NCBI GenBank assembly: GCA_035379625.1
Contig: DAOSVM010000003.1
Location: 334 to 64,333, forward strand
DNA: 64,000 nucleotides
Reading direction: 5' to 3'
Origin: Ignavibacteriales bacterium
Lineage (GTDB): Bacteria; Bacteroidota; Ignavibacteria; Ignavibacteriales; DAOSCP01
The notes below the pieces were generated by a model, which was not told where the DNA came from, made no database searches, and worked only from the letters and a program-made list of their open reading frames with translations. Within the stretch, counting starts at the first letter, position 1. Each line of letters opens with the position of its first letter. Positions 28,666-39,221 of the stretch are shown in pieces. A program made the position numbers and the translations under genes.

Positions 28666-30582
28666 TTAAAATTTAAAGAAATTTTTTAATATTGGATATA
28701 ACTTTTCCTTAGTCACAGGTTTAGGCATAAATTCATTAAATCCAGCCTTTAAAAATTTCTCTTTGTCACCAGGCATTAAAAAAGCAGTAGCTCCTACAAT
28801 TAAAGAATTTTCATATCCCTTAGTATTTCGAATAATCTTCATTGCATCAATTCCATTATACTCACCTTCCAAATTAATATCAAGAACAATAAAATCATAT
28901 TTAAAGGATTTAATCATTGGTAGTGCTTCTTCAAAACTTGTACTAAAATCAACCTTCTTTAATTCATTAAACTGACTTTTAAATAAAATTTGTGAATCAA
29001 CCTGATCTTCTATATAAATACAACACAATTCTTCATACTTTTTACTTATTACATCTATTTCTTTTATTGCTTCTGAAACAGTTGTTTTTTTATCTTCTTC
29101 TTCATATGTTAATTCATTAACATTAGTTTTATTATTCTCTTTCAATTCAATATTTTCTTGTGGTTTATATTCCAAAGGTATCATTATACCAAATTCATTT
29201 TCATTATTTAAATATTCAACTCCTAAAAATTCCATAAGCTTTGGCAAAACAGAAACTTGCAATTTAGATATTCCCAATTCTTTCCTTAACTTATCATCTT
29301 TCTTAACAAAGATACTATCCAAAATTGAGATAAATTTTTTTGAAGCTTTTGAAAAATCATCTTTTAACGTAACTAAAAAATTCCCATCATGTTTATATGC
29401 TGAGAAAAACAATATTTGTTTTTTGAAGGGAACAACACTTATATTTAAGAAATATTTTATCAATGATATCAGTTTTTCACTATCTGATTCAATCAAAATA
29501 TTGGTTGCCATTTTTGAAAAATTAATATCAACTTCATATTTTAAGGATAAATTCGTAATCTCTTGCTCTATTTCTGGATATATATCAAGGAATTTAAACT
29601 TTGAAAGCATCACTTGACCATCATTTTCGAGAAGTGAAATAAATTCAGCAAAAGTTAACAAGATTTTATGTAAATATTGTGAATTTTGCTCAATAATCTC
29701 ATAATTTTCTCTTTGCTCATCCGAAGGATTTTGTATTGTTTCGTAAAGTTCACGAGAAAAGCCTAAAATTGCATTTATTGGAGTATTTATATCGTGTAAT
29801 ACATTCCCCAAAAAATCTATATCAACAACTTTTTTTTGAGTTTCCATTGTTTTGTAATATAATTCTAATGGAATGCAATGCAATAATATCAAATTTGATG
29901 TTAATTGGTTATTCGATTTATATGATTTATAAATCCTATATTTTATTTTAACCTTTCTATCTAATTTAATATTGGAATATTGGATTTCACTAACATCATT
30001 AATATCATTTTTAATAAAATTTTCAATAAACTCTTTATCATTTATTTCAAAATAATTAAATATCTGCCCATATAATATATCTTCTTTACTCATATTCAAC
30101 TGTTCGCTAAAGCTCTCGCTAACATTTTGTATAAAACCAAGCTCATCAATCAAGAATATAAAATCTTTACTAAGTTGTAAAAAATTTTCAATAAAAGTTG
30201 GCGAATAATCATCGATAGACTCTTTAATATTTGGGATTACTGAATTATTCCTATTAAACTCAAATATTAAAACCTGAGAATATTCTGGATCGTCCACAAC
30301 AAATATCTTTACTTCAAAATTAAATTTTTTATTAATTTTTATATTCAAATAATTTATATTAACAACTTTTAATTCTTTACTTTCTCTTACTTCATTTATT
30401 GCTGTTCTTAAATTTTCTTTTGTGCTATTGTCAAGTAAATCGAATAGTAATAGGAATTCATCTTCAATATTAAAAAGCTCTTTTGCTTTTTCATTAAAAA
30501 ATAAAATAATACCCGAAATATCTGTTATTAGAATGGCATTGTTACCTAAATTTACCAGATTCTTATATAAATTGCTATCCAT
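28666..30582 (-). CDS. Hybrid PAS - HisKA - degenerate HATPase - receiver protein (probable pseudokinase)
   Basis: H-box-like LHDINTPINAILGFSREL and a C-terminal REC domain (FIVLDINLEG, MPKP). The ATPase region has no recognisable G1 (DxGxG) or G2 (GxGLG) box. Confidence 0.7.
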   Translation of the reverse strand: MDSNLYKNLVNLGNNAILITDISGIILFFNEKAKELFNIEDEFLLLFDLLDNSTKENLRTAINEVRESKELKVVNINYLNIKINKKFNFEVKIFVVDDPEYSQVLIFEFNRNNSVIPNIKESIDDYSPTFIENFLQLSKDFIFLIDELGFIQNVSESFSEQLNMSKEDILYGQIFNYFEINDKEFIENFIKNDINDVSEIQYSNIKLDRKVKIKYRIYKSYKSNNQLTSNLILLHCIPLELYYKTMETQKKVVDIDFLGNVLHDINTPINAILGFSRELYETIQNPSDEQRENYEIIEQNSQYLHKILLTFAEFISLLENDGQVMLSKFKFLDIYPEIEQEITNLSLKYEVDINFSKMATNILIESDSEKLISLIKYFLNISVVPFKKQILFFSAYKHDGNFLVTLKDDFSKASKKFISILDSIFVKKDDKLRKELGISKLQVSVLPKLMEFLGVEYLNNENEFGIMIPLEYKPQENIELKENNKTNVNELTYEEEDKKTTVSEAIKEIDVISKKYEELCCIYIEDQVDSQILFKSQFNELKKVDFSTSFEEALPMIKSFKYDFIVLDINLEGEYNGIDAMKIIRNTKGYENSLIVGATAFLMPGDKEKFLKAGFNEFMPKPVTKEKLYPILKNFFKF

Positions 30583-31533
30583 TTACTTCACCAATATTTC
30601 TATTTCGGTTGAATAATCGGAGTAAACTTTTTCAGAAGTTGAATAAGCGGTAATTCTATAATATATTTTTTTATTTTTAATAATAATTTTATCATCAAAT
30701 TCTAATAAACTACCATCATAAATAACGTTGTAATGAGAGCCCTCGTACTTTTTTTCGACTCTGTAATTAATTGTTTGTCCAACATTAGTCCAAGTAAGTT
30801 TATTACTATTGCTTAAAGTATCATATTTAACAGCCAATACTGGGGTCGGTGGAGTTGAGTTCCACGAAACTGGTTTTGCACTTACTTCGTTACTCCATAG
30901 CGATGAACCATTAACACTTACCGCTCGAATTCTGAAAATGTAATTTTCGTTAAATGTAAGGTTAGAAATTATGGCAACTTCTTGATTTGCATTAACAATT
31001 ATAGAATCTTTGTATTTTGAACTTGACTGTGGCTTCCAAGCTAAAATAAAGAATAATTCATCATCTGTGTTATCCCACCATGTTAATCTAACTTGGTTAA
31101 TTCCATTTGCTGCCGCAAATAAATTTGAAGGTGCTGGTACTTTACTCCATTTTAAGGTACTTACTTCAGAAGTAAATTGTGAGAATGTTGTATCTTTATA
31201 AGATCTGATTTTATAATAATGAGTAATTGAAGGCTTGCTGGTAGAATCTACGTAATAAGTAATATTAGAAGGCAATTTAATTAGTAATTGGTATCCTTGA
31301 TTTTCAATTTTTCTCCATACTTCATAACCTGTTACATTAGCAGAAGGTGCAACCCAACTAACCAAATATTTATTCATTGAAATTTGTTCTATCGATATAC
31401 TTTTAGGCATTATCTCTGAATTAACAGCTGTATTTCTATTTACAGGCTCGCTATCAACGAAAAATTCTGCGCAACCTGTAAATAACAATAATATTAAACT
31501 AATCGTTCTTAAAAGGTATATTAATTTCTTCAT
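30583..31533 (-). CDS. Lipoprotein with three fibronectin type III-like repeats
   Basis: Lipobox (LFTGC) and three repeats of about 90 aa with the W...Y..Y.V.A pattern typical of Fn3. Confidence 0.65.
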   Translation of the reverse strand: MKKLIYLLRTISLILLLFTGCAEFFVDSEPVNRNTAVNSEIMPKSISIEQISMNKYLVSWVAPSANVTGYEVWRKIENQGYQLLIKLPSNITYYVDSTSKPSITHYYKIRSYKDTTFSQFTSEVSTLKWSKVPAPSNLFAAANGINQVRLTWWDNTDDELFFILAWKPQSSSKYKDSIIVNANQEVAIISNLTFNENYIFRIRAVSVNGSSLWSNEVSAKPVSWNSTPPTPVLAVKYDTLSNSNKLTWTNVGQTINYRVEKKYEGSHYNVIYDGSLLEFDDKIIIKNKKIYYRITAYSTSEKVYSDYSTEIEILVK

Positions 31534-33115
31534 TAGCCTTTAAATTTTTAATTGTTATTGTATAAAATTCTTCATTTCTTTCAATTATAATTCTTTCATC
31601 TTTTTTACTAAAATTCACTTTTGCAACATTTTTTGGTATTAAATAATTAATATATAAATTTTCTATCAAATTATTACTATTATTTTTTATATTGATTATT
31701 TTACTTCGTTTATCATTTTTAATTGTAACACTAAAACTATAGTAACTTTGTAATTTTTCCAAAAACTGAGTATAAAGGATAAATTTATTATTTTTCAATA
31801 ATTTTTCTAAAAAAGATTTTACTACAGCTGGCTCTATATAAAATGATGGATAGTTAAAATTATCATTTAAATACAAATTATATGGTATACCTAAAATATT
31901 GTTTATTTTTATATCGTAATTGAATTTTGACAATATCGTGTCTTGAGAAATATCTGGGTTAAAGTAATTTGCAATAGTATTATTTGTTTTACCTAAATAT
32001 TTAATACTTTTACTAATATTACCAATAATATTTTTCTGTGGGTTATAATCTGTAATAACTAAATCAGTTTTCAAAGCTTCTAAACTTTTCTGCCAATCGT
32101 CATCAAGTGAATTACCCATAAATTTAAATATTATATTACGGTTTTTTGTCTTAGAATTATAATCATTCCAAAATTGATTAAATTTATTTATAAATTGCTC
32201 TTTTTTATACCATTCGATATCAGATTCAAATAATACAGGGATAATATTAAATTCACTATTTTTTATATATGGTTTATAATTCTTAAACTGCTCAGTTACA
32301 ATAAAATTTATTGGTACTTTTTTTAATGTATCTATCAAATCTTCGATAGGTTTAGTTACATTTTCAATTGTACAATTTATAAAAATAGGAGTTTTCTTAT
32401 CTTTATCAAATATTTTCCCAGCTATAGGAATATTTAAGTAATAATATATAAAGTTTTTAATTACATTAGCAAAAGCATTTGTAATTTCAAAATTTACCGG
32501 TAATGAATTAAAGCTAATAGATGAATATAATATATTATTTTGATATCCAATTATCGTTTTTCCTTGATCTTTATTATAAAGTATAATATTTTCGATATTA
32601 AAAGTTTCCAAAGAATCTTTGATAACAAAAAAATCTTTTAATCCAATAGGCAAATCAAAAGAATACTTTGTTACGTTGCTAAAATAACCATCTCCAGATT
32701 TCAAAAATCCATTACTCTCAAAACCGCAAAAATCAGCAGTTACATCGACTATTTTATCTTTACTTTTTTTAAAAATACTTCCTAAAACGATAAAAGGATA
32801 ATCATTATTCTTTAAATTTAAGATAAATTTATAATCTTCATCGTTCATTACTGTTTTATCGGGCAAGATAAATAATTTATAATTTCTTATCGTATCGTTA
32901 TCTGAAAGATTATTTAAATAAAGAAAATCATATTGAATATCATTTGAAATAAGCAGTAACTCCATTTTTTGGAAAGAATCATTAGCATCATTTAACAATT
33001 CATTAGATAAATATTTATCCAATGTTTTAAATAATGCAACTTTAGATTGCATTTGTGGGTATGCAATTGTTGTGATAATAAGTGTTATAATTAAAATAAT
33101 TCTTTTCATACTCAA
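31499..33115 (-). CDS. Hypothetical exported protein, paralogue of the upstream 620-aa protein
   Basis: Signal peptide, and segments shared with 33112-34974 (YKLFILPD...; SLEALKTDLVITDY versus TLEALYELNLKYLITDS). Confidence 0.6.
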   Translation of the reverse strand: MSMKRIILIITLIITTIAYPQMQSKVALFKTLDKYLSNELLNDANDSFQKMELLLISNDIQYDFLYLNNLSDNDTIRNYKLFILPDKTVMNDEDYKFILNLKNNDYPFIVLGSIFKKSKDKIVDVTADFCGFESNGFLKSGDGYFSNVTKYSFDLPIGLKDFFVIKDSLETFNIENIILYNKDQGKTIIGYQNNILYSSISFNSLPVNFEITNAFANVIKNFIYYYLNIPIAGKIFDKDKKTPIFINCTIENVTKPIEDLIDTLKKVPINFIVTEQFKNYKPYIKNSEFNIIPVLFESDIEWYKKEQFINKFNQFWNDYNSKTKNRNIIFKFMGNSLDDDWQKSLEALKTDLVITDYNPQKNIIGNISKSIKYLGKTNNTIANYFNPDISQDTILSKFNYDIKINNILGIPYNLYLNDNFNYPSFYIEPAVVKSFLEKLLKNNKFILYTQFLEKLQSYYSFSVTIKNDKRSKIINIKNNSNNLIENLYINYLIPKNVAKVNFSKKDERIIIERNEEFYTITIKNLKANEEINIPFKND

Positions 33116-34974
33116 TTCACTATATCTATGTAATAAAATAATGACGTATTATTAGCAAGTTTATTAATTCTTAGTAAAATTTTATTCCCCATTACTTTAA
33201 TTTGAGGCAGTTTTTGCCCAATTATATCGGTTGAAATTTCAATTTTTTTAGCTATTTGATTTAAATCTACATAAACATCAAAATTATAAGCATCAAATTC
33301 ACTTGAATTTGAAATAATCAAAAAACATCTGTTTTCAGTTATTTTTTCAACTTTTGAATTTAGTTGAGTTCTAACAACCCACCAATTATATAGTTGTGAA
33401 AGATTTGTAACCCAAATACTATTTCTTTTCCAATAATCGAATAATTGTGGTATTACGTTGTAATATTCATTTTTTAATTGGTAGCTTGTATGATTTTTAA
33501 GTAAGAACAAACCACCTTCAAAAATAATTCTATCTACATCTTCTTCGTAGGTATAAAGTTGAAATTCTGGATCGTATAAATTATAGTTTTTTATAATTTC
33601 ATAATCATCGCGTGCAGTTTTTGTAAAAACTAAAATAGGCGTTTTCTTAAAATACACCGCAAATGGTAACGAACGATCCGTCAATGAATCAGTGATAAGG
33701 TATTTCAAGTTTAATTCATATAATGCTTCAAGTGTTTTATTATTAAATTTGCCTTTTTCAATAGAAATACCATTGATTTCTATACCATATTTATTTTTAA
33801 TCAAATCTTTAATATTTTTGATTATTTCATATTGTTTTGAATAACTATAAGGTTTATATTTTTTTTCATTGTTATCAAATTCATAACCTATATCCACAAC
33901 TGGCACAATATTACCGATATTTAATAATTGGGCAACCTGTTTTGGATATTTATTTAAAACATATTGATTTACCAAAAAAGTTGGTGAAAAATTATTAGCT
34001 TTACAAAAATTATAAATATTATAAAAGTTGCTTAAACTGTCATCTAATTTTATAGTTTGAATAGCTGCTGCTTGATAATTTTGTGGCCAATCTTTAACAT
34101 AAAATATTGGATAGTAACTTAACCAATTTAAGGAATTTTTAAATAGTTTTTCAAATTGTCCGTAATCCTCACTTTCTCCGATAACATTGGTTATTTCAAA
34201 CCCAAACCATACAAATCTTCCATTTCCATAATAACCATAGATGATACCCGCATTTTTTTTAATTCCTTCCTCGACAAGTCCATCATCATATCTGTAATTA
34301 TACCAAGTACTAGCTTGATTTACACGTGGTTCAACCACTTCTAGACAAACAGGATTGTCAACTATAGAAAGTTTTAATGGATATCCAGCTGGTATACCAG
34401 CCGTTAATGGAGTATTCCCTCTCAATGTATGTAATTTGTTTTTAGATTTTTCAGGTGTTATTTCGTGTGTATAATTTGAACCTAGAACCGTCATAACAAA
34501 ATCCCACCCACGCCATTCTTTCTTTTCATTCATTGTACAAACAGCGCCAGTAGCCCAAATTGAACCTCCATTTTCGACATATTTTCTTAATTCAAACATT
34601 TCTGCATCACTCACAGCTTTAACGCCAGGTAAAATAATCAATTTATATTTTGATAACTCTCCTTTTTCAACATCTGAATCATAAATTATCTTTGGTTTAA
34701 CTTTATTATAGGATAAATATCTTTTCCAAGTTTCTATATTAACTTCCAGCCATTTTGTATAGTTTGTATCATTTTGTGATGAATATTTAGAGTAAAGAAT
34801 AGCTACTTGAGTTGGCTTTTCGTTAAAGAGATTTAATATTGAAAAATCATTTATTCCAAAAGCGCCATAAATAGCGTGTAATGTTTTTAAGAAAAAATAT
34901 ATAGAAAAAACACTTAGTATTCCACCTGTTAAAATAATCGTTAAATAATTAACTCTACTTCTTTTTATCGCCAT
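33112..34974 (-). CDS. Hypothetical membrane-anchored protein; N-terminal GATase1-like module and C-terminal deacetylase-like module (tentative)
   Basis: N-terminal TM segment. LIILPGVKAVSDAEMFELRKYVENGGSIWATG resembles Glyco_hydro_42M/GATase1-fold modules. The C-terminal half resembles the polysaccharide deacetylase fold, but the CE4 motifs are not intact. Confidence 0.55.
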   Translation of the reverse strand: MAIKRSRVNYLTIILTGGILSVFSIYFFLKTLHAIYGAFGINDFSILNLFNEKPTQVAILYSKYSSQNDTNYTKWLEVNIETWKRYLSYNKVKPKIIYDSDVEKGELSKYKLIILPGVKAVSDAEMFELRKYVENGGSIWATGAVCTMNEKKEWRGWDFVMTVLGSNYTHEITPEKSKNKLHTLRGNTPLTAGIPAGYPLKLSIVDNPVCLEVVEPRVNQASTWYNYRYDDGLVEEGIKKNAGIIYGYYGNGRFVWFGFEITNVIGESEDYGQFEKLFKNSLNWLSYYPIFYVKDWPQNYQAAAIQTIKLDDSLSNFYNIYNFCKANNFSPTFLVNQYVLNKYPKQVAQLLNIGNIVPVVDIGYEFDNNEKKYKPYSYSKQYEIIKNIKDLIKNKYGIEINGISIEKGKFNNKTLEALYELNLKYLITDSLTDRSLPFAVYFKKTPILVFTKTARDDYEIIKNYNLYDPEFQLYTYEEDVDRIIFEGGLFLLKNHTSYQLKNEYYNVIPQLFDYWKRNSIWVTNLSQLYNWWVVRTQLNSKVEKITENRCFLIISNSSEFDAYNFDVYVDLNQIAKKIEISTDIIGQKLPQIKVMGNKILLRINKLANNTSLFYYIDIVN

Positions 34975-35285
34975 CTTAGCATATCACCCTTTCTTTCTTG
35001 CTCTTGTTGCTGCGACTCTTGTTTCTCTTCTTTTTGAATGTTAACTTGTTCAAAGCTTTTTGATATTTTTGGTTGTGGAATATTTGCAACAACAGGTTCC
35101 GGCGCTTTTTCTTTTACAACATTAGAGGTAACAACTTCTGCTTCATATGTTTTTGGTGCTTGCGCCTTAGCTTGAGCAGCTTTCTTTTCTCGTACTTTAA
35201 ACATCGTATAAGATCCAATAGCCAAAACAAATGTTGATATTGTAGATACCAAAATAATCATAGATAATATAGGAATAAGTTCCAT
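34965..35285 (-). CDS. Small single-pass membrane protein with a Q/E/K-rich tail
   Basis: N-terminal TM helix. It is the first gene of the operon and overlaps the next gene by 10 nt. Confidence 0.5.
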   Translation of the reverse strand: MELIPILSMIILVSTISTFVLAIGSYTMFKVREKKAAQAKAQAPKTYEAEVVTSNVVKEKAPEPVVANIPQPKISKSFEQVNIQKEEKQESQQQEQERKGDMLRWR

Positions 35286-35406
35286 ATTGGCCTCTATTTT
35301 AATCTCTCGTTAAAATAATTTTAAATTTTTGTTATTTAAAATATATATAATTTTTATATTTTATTTTTATATATTGCTTACTAAATTTAAAAAAAATAGG
35401 TTTATT

Positions 35407-36165
35407 ATGAAAATAGGTTTATTGCAATATAATCCAGTATTTGAAAATATTGAAAATAATATAAAAAATCTTTCCAATATTATCGAAAAAAAATTTGATA
35501 GTCATAAATTATTAATATTCCCTGAATTAACTCTAACCGGCTATACAATGAATCTTGATAAATTCAGGGATGAGACAGAAAAACAACAATATTTTTTTCA
35601 AAATATATCTTACAAATTTCATACCAATATATTTGCTGGTGTATTAGAATCTTACGAACATAAGTTTTATAATTCATTATATCATTTTGATGAATATGGT
35701 AATTTAATTACAAAATACCAAAAAATTCATCCGTTTTCATATGCTAATGAGCATATGTATTACATGCCAGGAAATACACCTGTTATAACAGAAGTAGAAG
35801 ACATAACTTTTGGTTTATCAATTTGTTACGATTTACGTTTCCCAGAACTATATAGATTATATGCAAAAGAAAGGATTTATGCATTAGTTAATATTGCAAA
35901 TTGGCCAGATAAAAGAATTGAACACTATTTATCTTTAAGTAAAGCAAGAGCTATTGAGAATTTATCTTATATGATTAGCGTTAATAGAATTGGTGATGAT
36001 CCTTATAATCATTACAACGGTAACAGTGGCGTTTTTGAACCATCTGGTAATGACCTAGGGCATATTAAAGACGATGAGAATTTATTAACCTTTGAGATTT
36101 TTAGTGAAACCGTTGAAAATGTCAGAACAAGGTTCAGATTTTTAGATGATATTAAACTTATTTAA
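35407..36165 (+). CDS. Carbon-nitrogen hydrolase (nitrilase superfamily) protein
   Basis: E-K-C catalytic triad contexts FPELTLTGY, YQKIHPF and LSICYDLRFPE. The ATG at 35407 is preferred over the upstream TTG at 35329. Confidence 0.85.
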   Translation: MKIGLLQYNPVFENIENNIKNLSNIIEKKFDSHKLLIFPELTLTGYTMNLDKFRDETEKQQYFFQNISYKFHTNIFAGVLESYEHKFYNSLYHFDEYGNLITKYQKIHPFSYANEHMYYMPGNTPVITEVEDITFGLSICYDLRFPELYRLYAKERIYALVNIANWPDKRIEHYLSLSKARAIENLSYMISVNRIGDDPYNHYNGNSGVFEPSGNDLGHIKDDENLLTFEIFSETVENVRTRFRFLDDIKLI

Positions 36166-36167
36166 TT

Positions 36168-37148
36168 ATGTTTACAATTAAAGATTTTTATTTTGACAAA
36201 TATAATGGTCTAAGTATATCTAACAAAAATTTAAAGCTTAATTTACTCTTTCAAGGGCTAACAATCTTAGATCTATATATCAGTGTTAACAATTCTTTTA
36301 TAAATCTAATTGAAGGCTATAAAAATGTAGAAGAATTTGAAACGTTCTCTGGTGCACGCTCTTGCCTAATGGCTCCTTATTCTAATAAAATTCGCAATTT
36401 TTCTTATACATTTAATGCAAAAGAATATAAATTTAATAATTTTATTGATGATAATCTTAAACATCATGGGCTGATTAAATTCAAAAAGTTTGAATTAAAA
36501 TCTTATAAAGAAGTTGCAAATGGGATTGAACTAATATTTTCAACAATTCTGAATGAAAATGAATTTGAATTTTATCCTTTCAAAACATATATTGATGTTA
36601 TTTTATATATCGATAATAGCTCGTTAAATTTTGAAATTGTAGCGCAAAATACTAATAATTTCGATATACCATTTGGTGCAGGATGGCATCCATATTTTAA
36701 GCTCATATCCCGAATTGATGACTGTTATTTAAAAATTCCGTCGAAAACCATTGTAGAACTAGATAATGATTTCTGCCCTTTAGAAAATTATAAAAAAATT
36801 TTAGAGAAAAATGACCCATTATATTTCGTTGATACATACAAGCTGATTGGAGATCAAAAAATTAATGTTTGCTTTACAGATTTAATTGTTGATAAGAATA
36901 ATTTTGCACATACCATTTTTTTTGATAAACAAAATAATTTATATTTAAATATTTATCAAAACAAAGGTGTTATATACATTTTTACAGGTGATGGGCTCAA
37001 ATATAGAGAAAGAGAAAGTATTGCTATTGAACCAGTTGAATTTATTACGGATTCATTCAATAGAAAAGAATTATATAAAGATTTGTTAATAAAACCTAAC
37101 AAAAAAAAATCATTTATATTTGGATTAAAATGGTCTAACTATGAATAA
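36168..37148 (+). CDS. Aldose 1-epimerase (galactose mutarotase-like) family protein
   Basis: Family motifs HHGLIKF and GAGWHPYF; typical length. Confidence 0.75.
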   Translation: MFTIKDFYFDKYNGLSISNKNLKLNLLFQGLTILDLYISVNNSFINLIEGYKNVEEFETFSGARSCLMAPYSNKIRNFSYTFNAKEYKFNNFIDDNLKHHGLIKFKKFELKSYKEVANGIELIFSTILNENEFEFYPFKTYIDVILYIDNSSLNFEIVAQNTNNFDIPFGAGWHPYFKLISRIDDCYLKIPSKTIVELDNDFCPLENYKKILEKNDPLYFVDTYKLIGDQKINVCFTDLIVDKNNFAHTIFFDKQNNLYLNIYQNKGVIYIFTGDGLKYRERESIAIEPVEFITDSFNRKELYKDLLIKPNKKKSFIFGLKWSNYE

Positions 37149-38091
37149 ATTTTTACAAAGAAGATTAATTATTATAAAATCTCTCATTTTATTAAACTTA
37201 GCAGATGAATTAAAAAAACAAATTAAATCTCTTAAAAAATTTAAGACTAAAGAAGATATAAGTTATATTATCTCTTTGCTTGATGAAGGTAAATATGAAT
37301 CTGTAATTACAGAAATTGATAAAAAAATAATAACAAATGGGAAAAGTGATTTATTTGAAGATACTACTATTAAGACTTTAAATTATTATCTCAAATTATT
37401 GCGCAAAAAACTTTTAAAGACACGAAAAAGACGAGAAAACATAGAAAGGAAACTTTTAGATTTTGGATTATTATACAATCTTGAAGTAGGTGGAATAATT
37501 GAGAGAATTTTATATCTAAGAAGAGAATTATTAAAGTATGAACTTGATCAAGATCCAGAGAATGATGAGTTAAAAGATGAATATAATGATGCATTTGAAG
37601 ATTTTGAGAAATACCACGCTGAAATTGAAGAAATGAAGAAGAAAAATTTACTAAACGATAATGAATTAAAAGATTTAAAAAGTAAATTCAGAAAGGCTAC
37701 TAAATTATGCCACCCAGATATGGTTGATGAAAGTATGAAAGAAACCGCTGAGCAAATCTTTACACAATTAAAATCTGCATACGAAAATAATGACTTAAAA
37801 GAAGTTTCAAGAATCTTAGAATTATTAGAAACACAAGATATCCTATTACCAAAAAGCGAAAATATTTCTGATAAAGATAAATTGGTTGCTGAGATTAAAA
37901 AAACTCTGTTTGAAATTAAACAAGAAGAAGATAATATTAGCGGACTTTTACAATCTGAGACTTATAAACTCATAAAAAATACAAAAGATATTAACGAATA
38001 TATAAAAAACACAAAAAAACAAATGCAAATTGAGCTTGAATCATTGGAAGAAATTTATAAAGAAAAGGAATTATTTTATTCTAAAAGGTGA
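37141..38091 (+). CDS. J-domain-containing coiled-coil protein
   Basis: HPD motif in a J-domain context (KFRKATKLCHPDMV...AYE), flanked by charged coiled-coil regions. Confidence 0.65.
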   Translation: MNKFLQRRLIIIKSLILLNLADELKKQIKSLKKFKTKEDISYIISLLDEGKYESVITEIDKKIITNGKSDLFEDTTIKTLNYYLKLLRKKLLKTRKRRENIERKLLDFGLLYNLEVGGIIERILYLRRELLKYELDQDPENDELKDEYNDAFEDFEKYHAEIEEMKKKNLLNDNELKDLKSKFRKATKLCHPDMVDESMKETAEQIFTQLKSAYENNDLKEVSRILELLETQDILLPKSENISDKDKLVAEIKKTLFEIKQEEDNISGLLQSETYKLIKNTKDINEYIKNTKKQMQIELESLEEIYKEKELFYSKR

Positions 38092-38094
38092 TAA

Positions 38095-38634
38095 ATGTTA
38101 ATATTAGGAATTGATCCAGGTACAAATAAATTTGGCTATGGTATTATCGAATTAATAAACAATAAACCAAAACTGATAATCTCAGGCGTTAGAGATTTTA
38201 GAAAAATTAAATATTTACCGACAATTTTAGATGAAATTTATAAAACTATTAAGGAACTATCGAATAATTATAAAATTGATATTATGTCAATAGAAAATGC
38301 ATTTTACCATTTAAATGTTGACGCAGTTATGAAAATAGGTTATGCCAGAGGTGCAGCGATGCTTTCGGCGATACATTCGAATATACAAATAGCTGAATAT
38401 TCACCTAGAGAAGTTAAAAAATCTATTACTGGTAATGGTGCAGCAACTAAACAACAAGTGCAATATATGGTTAAACAATTATTAGGTATCCAAAAAGAAT
38501 TGAAATTAGATGAAAGTGATGCTCTAGCTATCGCTATATGCCACTCACTTCGGAATTCCACACATATTACATCGAATAAAAAATCCGATTGGAAAAATTT
38601 CATCCAAAATAACCCTGGGAAAGTAATATTATGA
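38095..38634 (+). CDS. ruvC: Crossover junction endodeoxyribonuclease RuvC
   Basis: LGIDPGT N-terminus, the catalytic acidic residues (IENAF, DESDALAIA) and typical length. Confidence 0.9.
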   Translation: MLILGIDPGTNKFGYGIIELINNKPKLIISGVRDFRKIKYLPTILDEIYKTIKELSNNYKIDIMSIENAFYHLNVDAVMKIGYARGAAMLSAIHSNIQIAEYSPREVKKSITGNGAATKQQVQYMVKQLLGIQKELKLDESDALAIAICHSLRNSTHITSNKKSDWKNFIQNNPGKVIL

Positions 38635-39221
38635 TAGCATCTTTAAGAGGGAGAATTATTTACAAAACTCCTTTATATTTGATTTTAGATGTAAATGGCA
38701 TTGGTTATAAAGTTTTTACTTCAATAACTACCTCTGAAAAGTTAAAAGAAAATGAGGAAATATTTCTTTATACATATTTAGTTGTAAAAGAAGACGCTCT
38801 TGATTTGTACGGTTTTGAAAATATTGATGAAAGAAATATTTTCGAATTATTATTAAAAGTAAATGGTGTAGGCCCAAGACTTGCAATAAATATACTTTCA
38901 AGGATTAGTACTATCGAACTAATTAAGGCAATTCAAAATAAAAACAATAGTTTAATAAAATCTATCCACGGCGTAGGGGCTAAAACTGCAGATAAAATTA
39001 TAATTGAATTATATGACAAAATAAAACAAATTGATATAGTCGGTCCCTCCCAATCACTAAATACTTTCACACATAAAACAGATGCAGTACAAGCATTAGT
39101 AGTATTAGGATACTCTGAAAAGAATGTTGAAAAAGTAGTCGATGAAATTATTTCTCAAAATCCAGATGCTACAACTGAAGAAATTTTAAAGGCATCATTA
39201 AAATTTTTGACAAAAAGATAA
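38631..39221 (+). CDS. ruvA: Holliday junction branch migration protein RuvA
   Basis: MIASLRG N-terminus and helix-hairpin-helix motifs (VNGVGPRLA, IHGVGAKTA). It overlaps ruvC by 4 nt. Confidence 0.9.
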   Translation: MIASLRGRIIYKTPLYLILDVNGIGYKVFTSITTSEKLKENEEIFLYTYLVVKEDALDLYGFENIDERNIFELLLKVNGVGPRLAINILSRISTIELIKAIQNKNNSLIKSIHGVGAKTADKIIIELYDKIKQIDIVGPSQSLNTFTHKTDAVQALVVLGYSEKNVEKVVDEIISQNPDATTEEILKASLKFLTKR

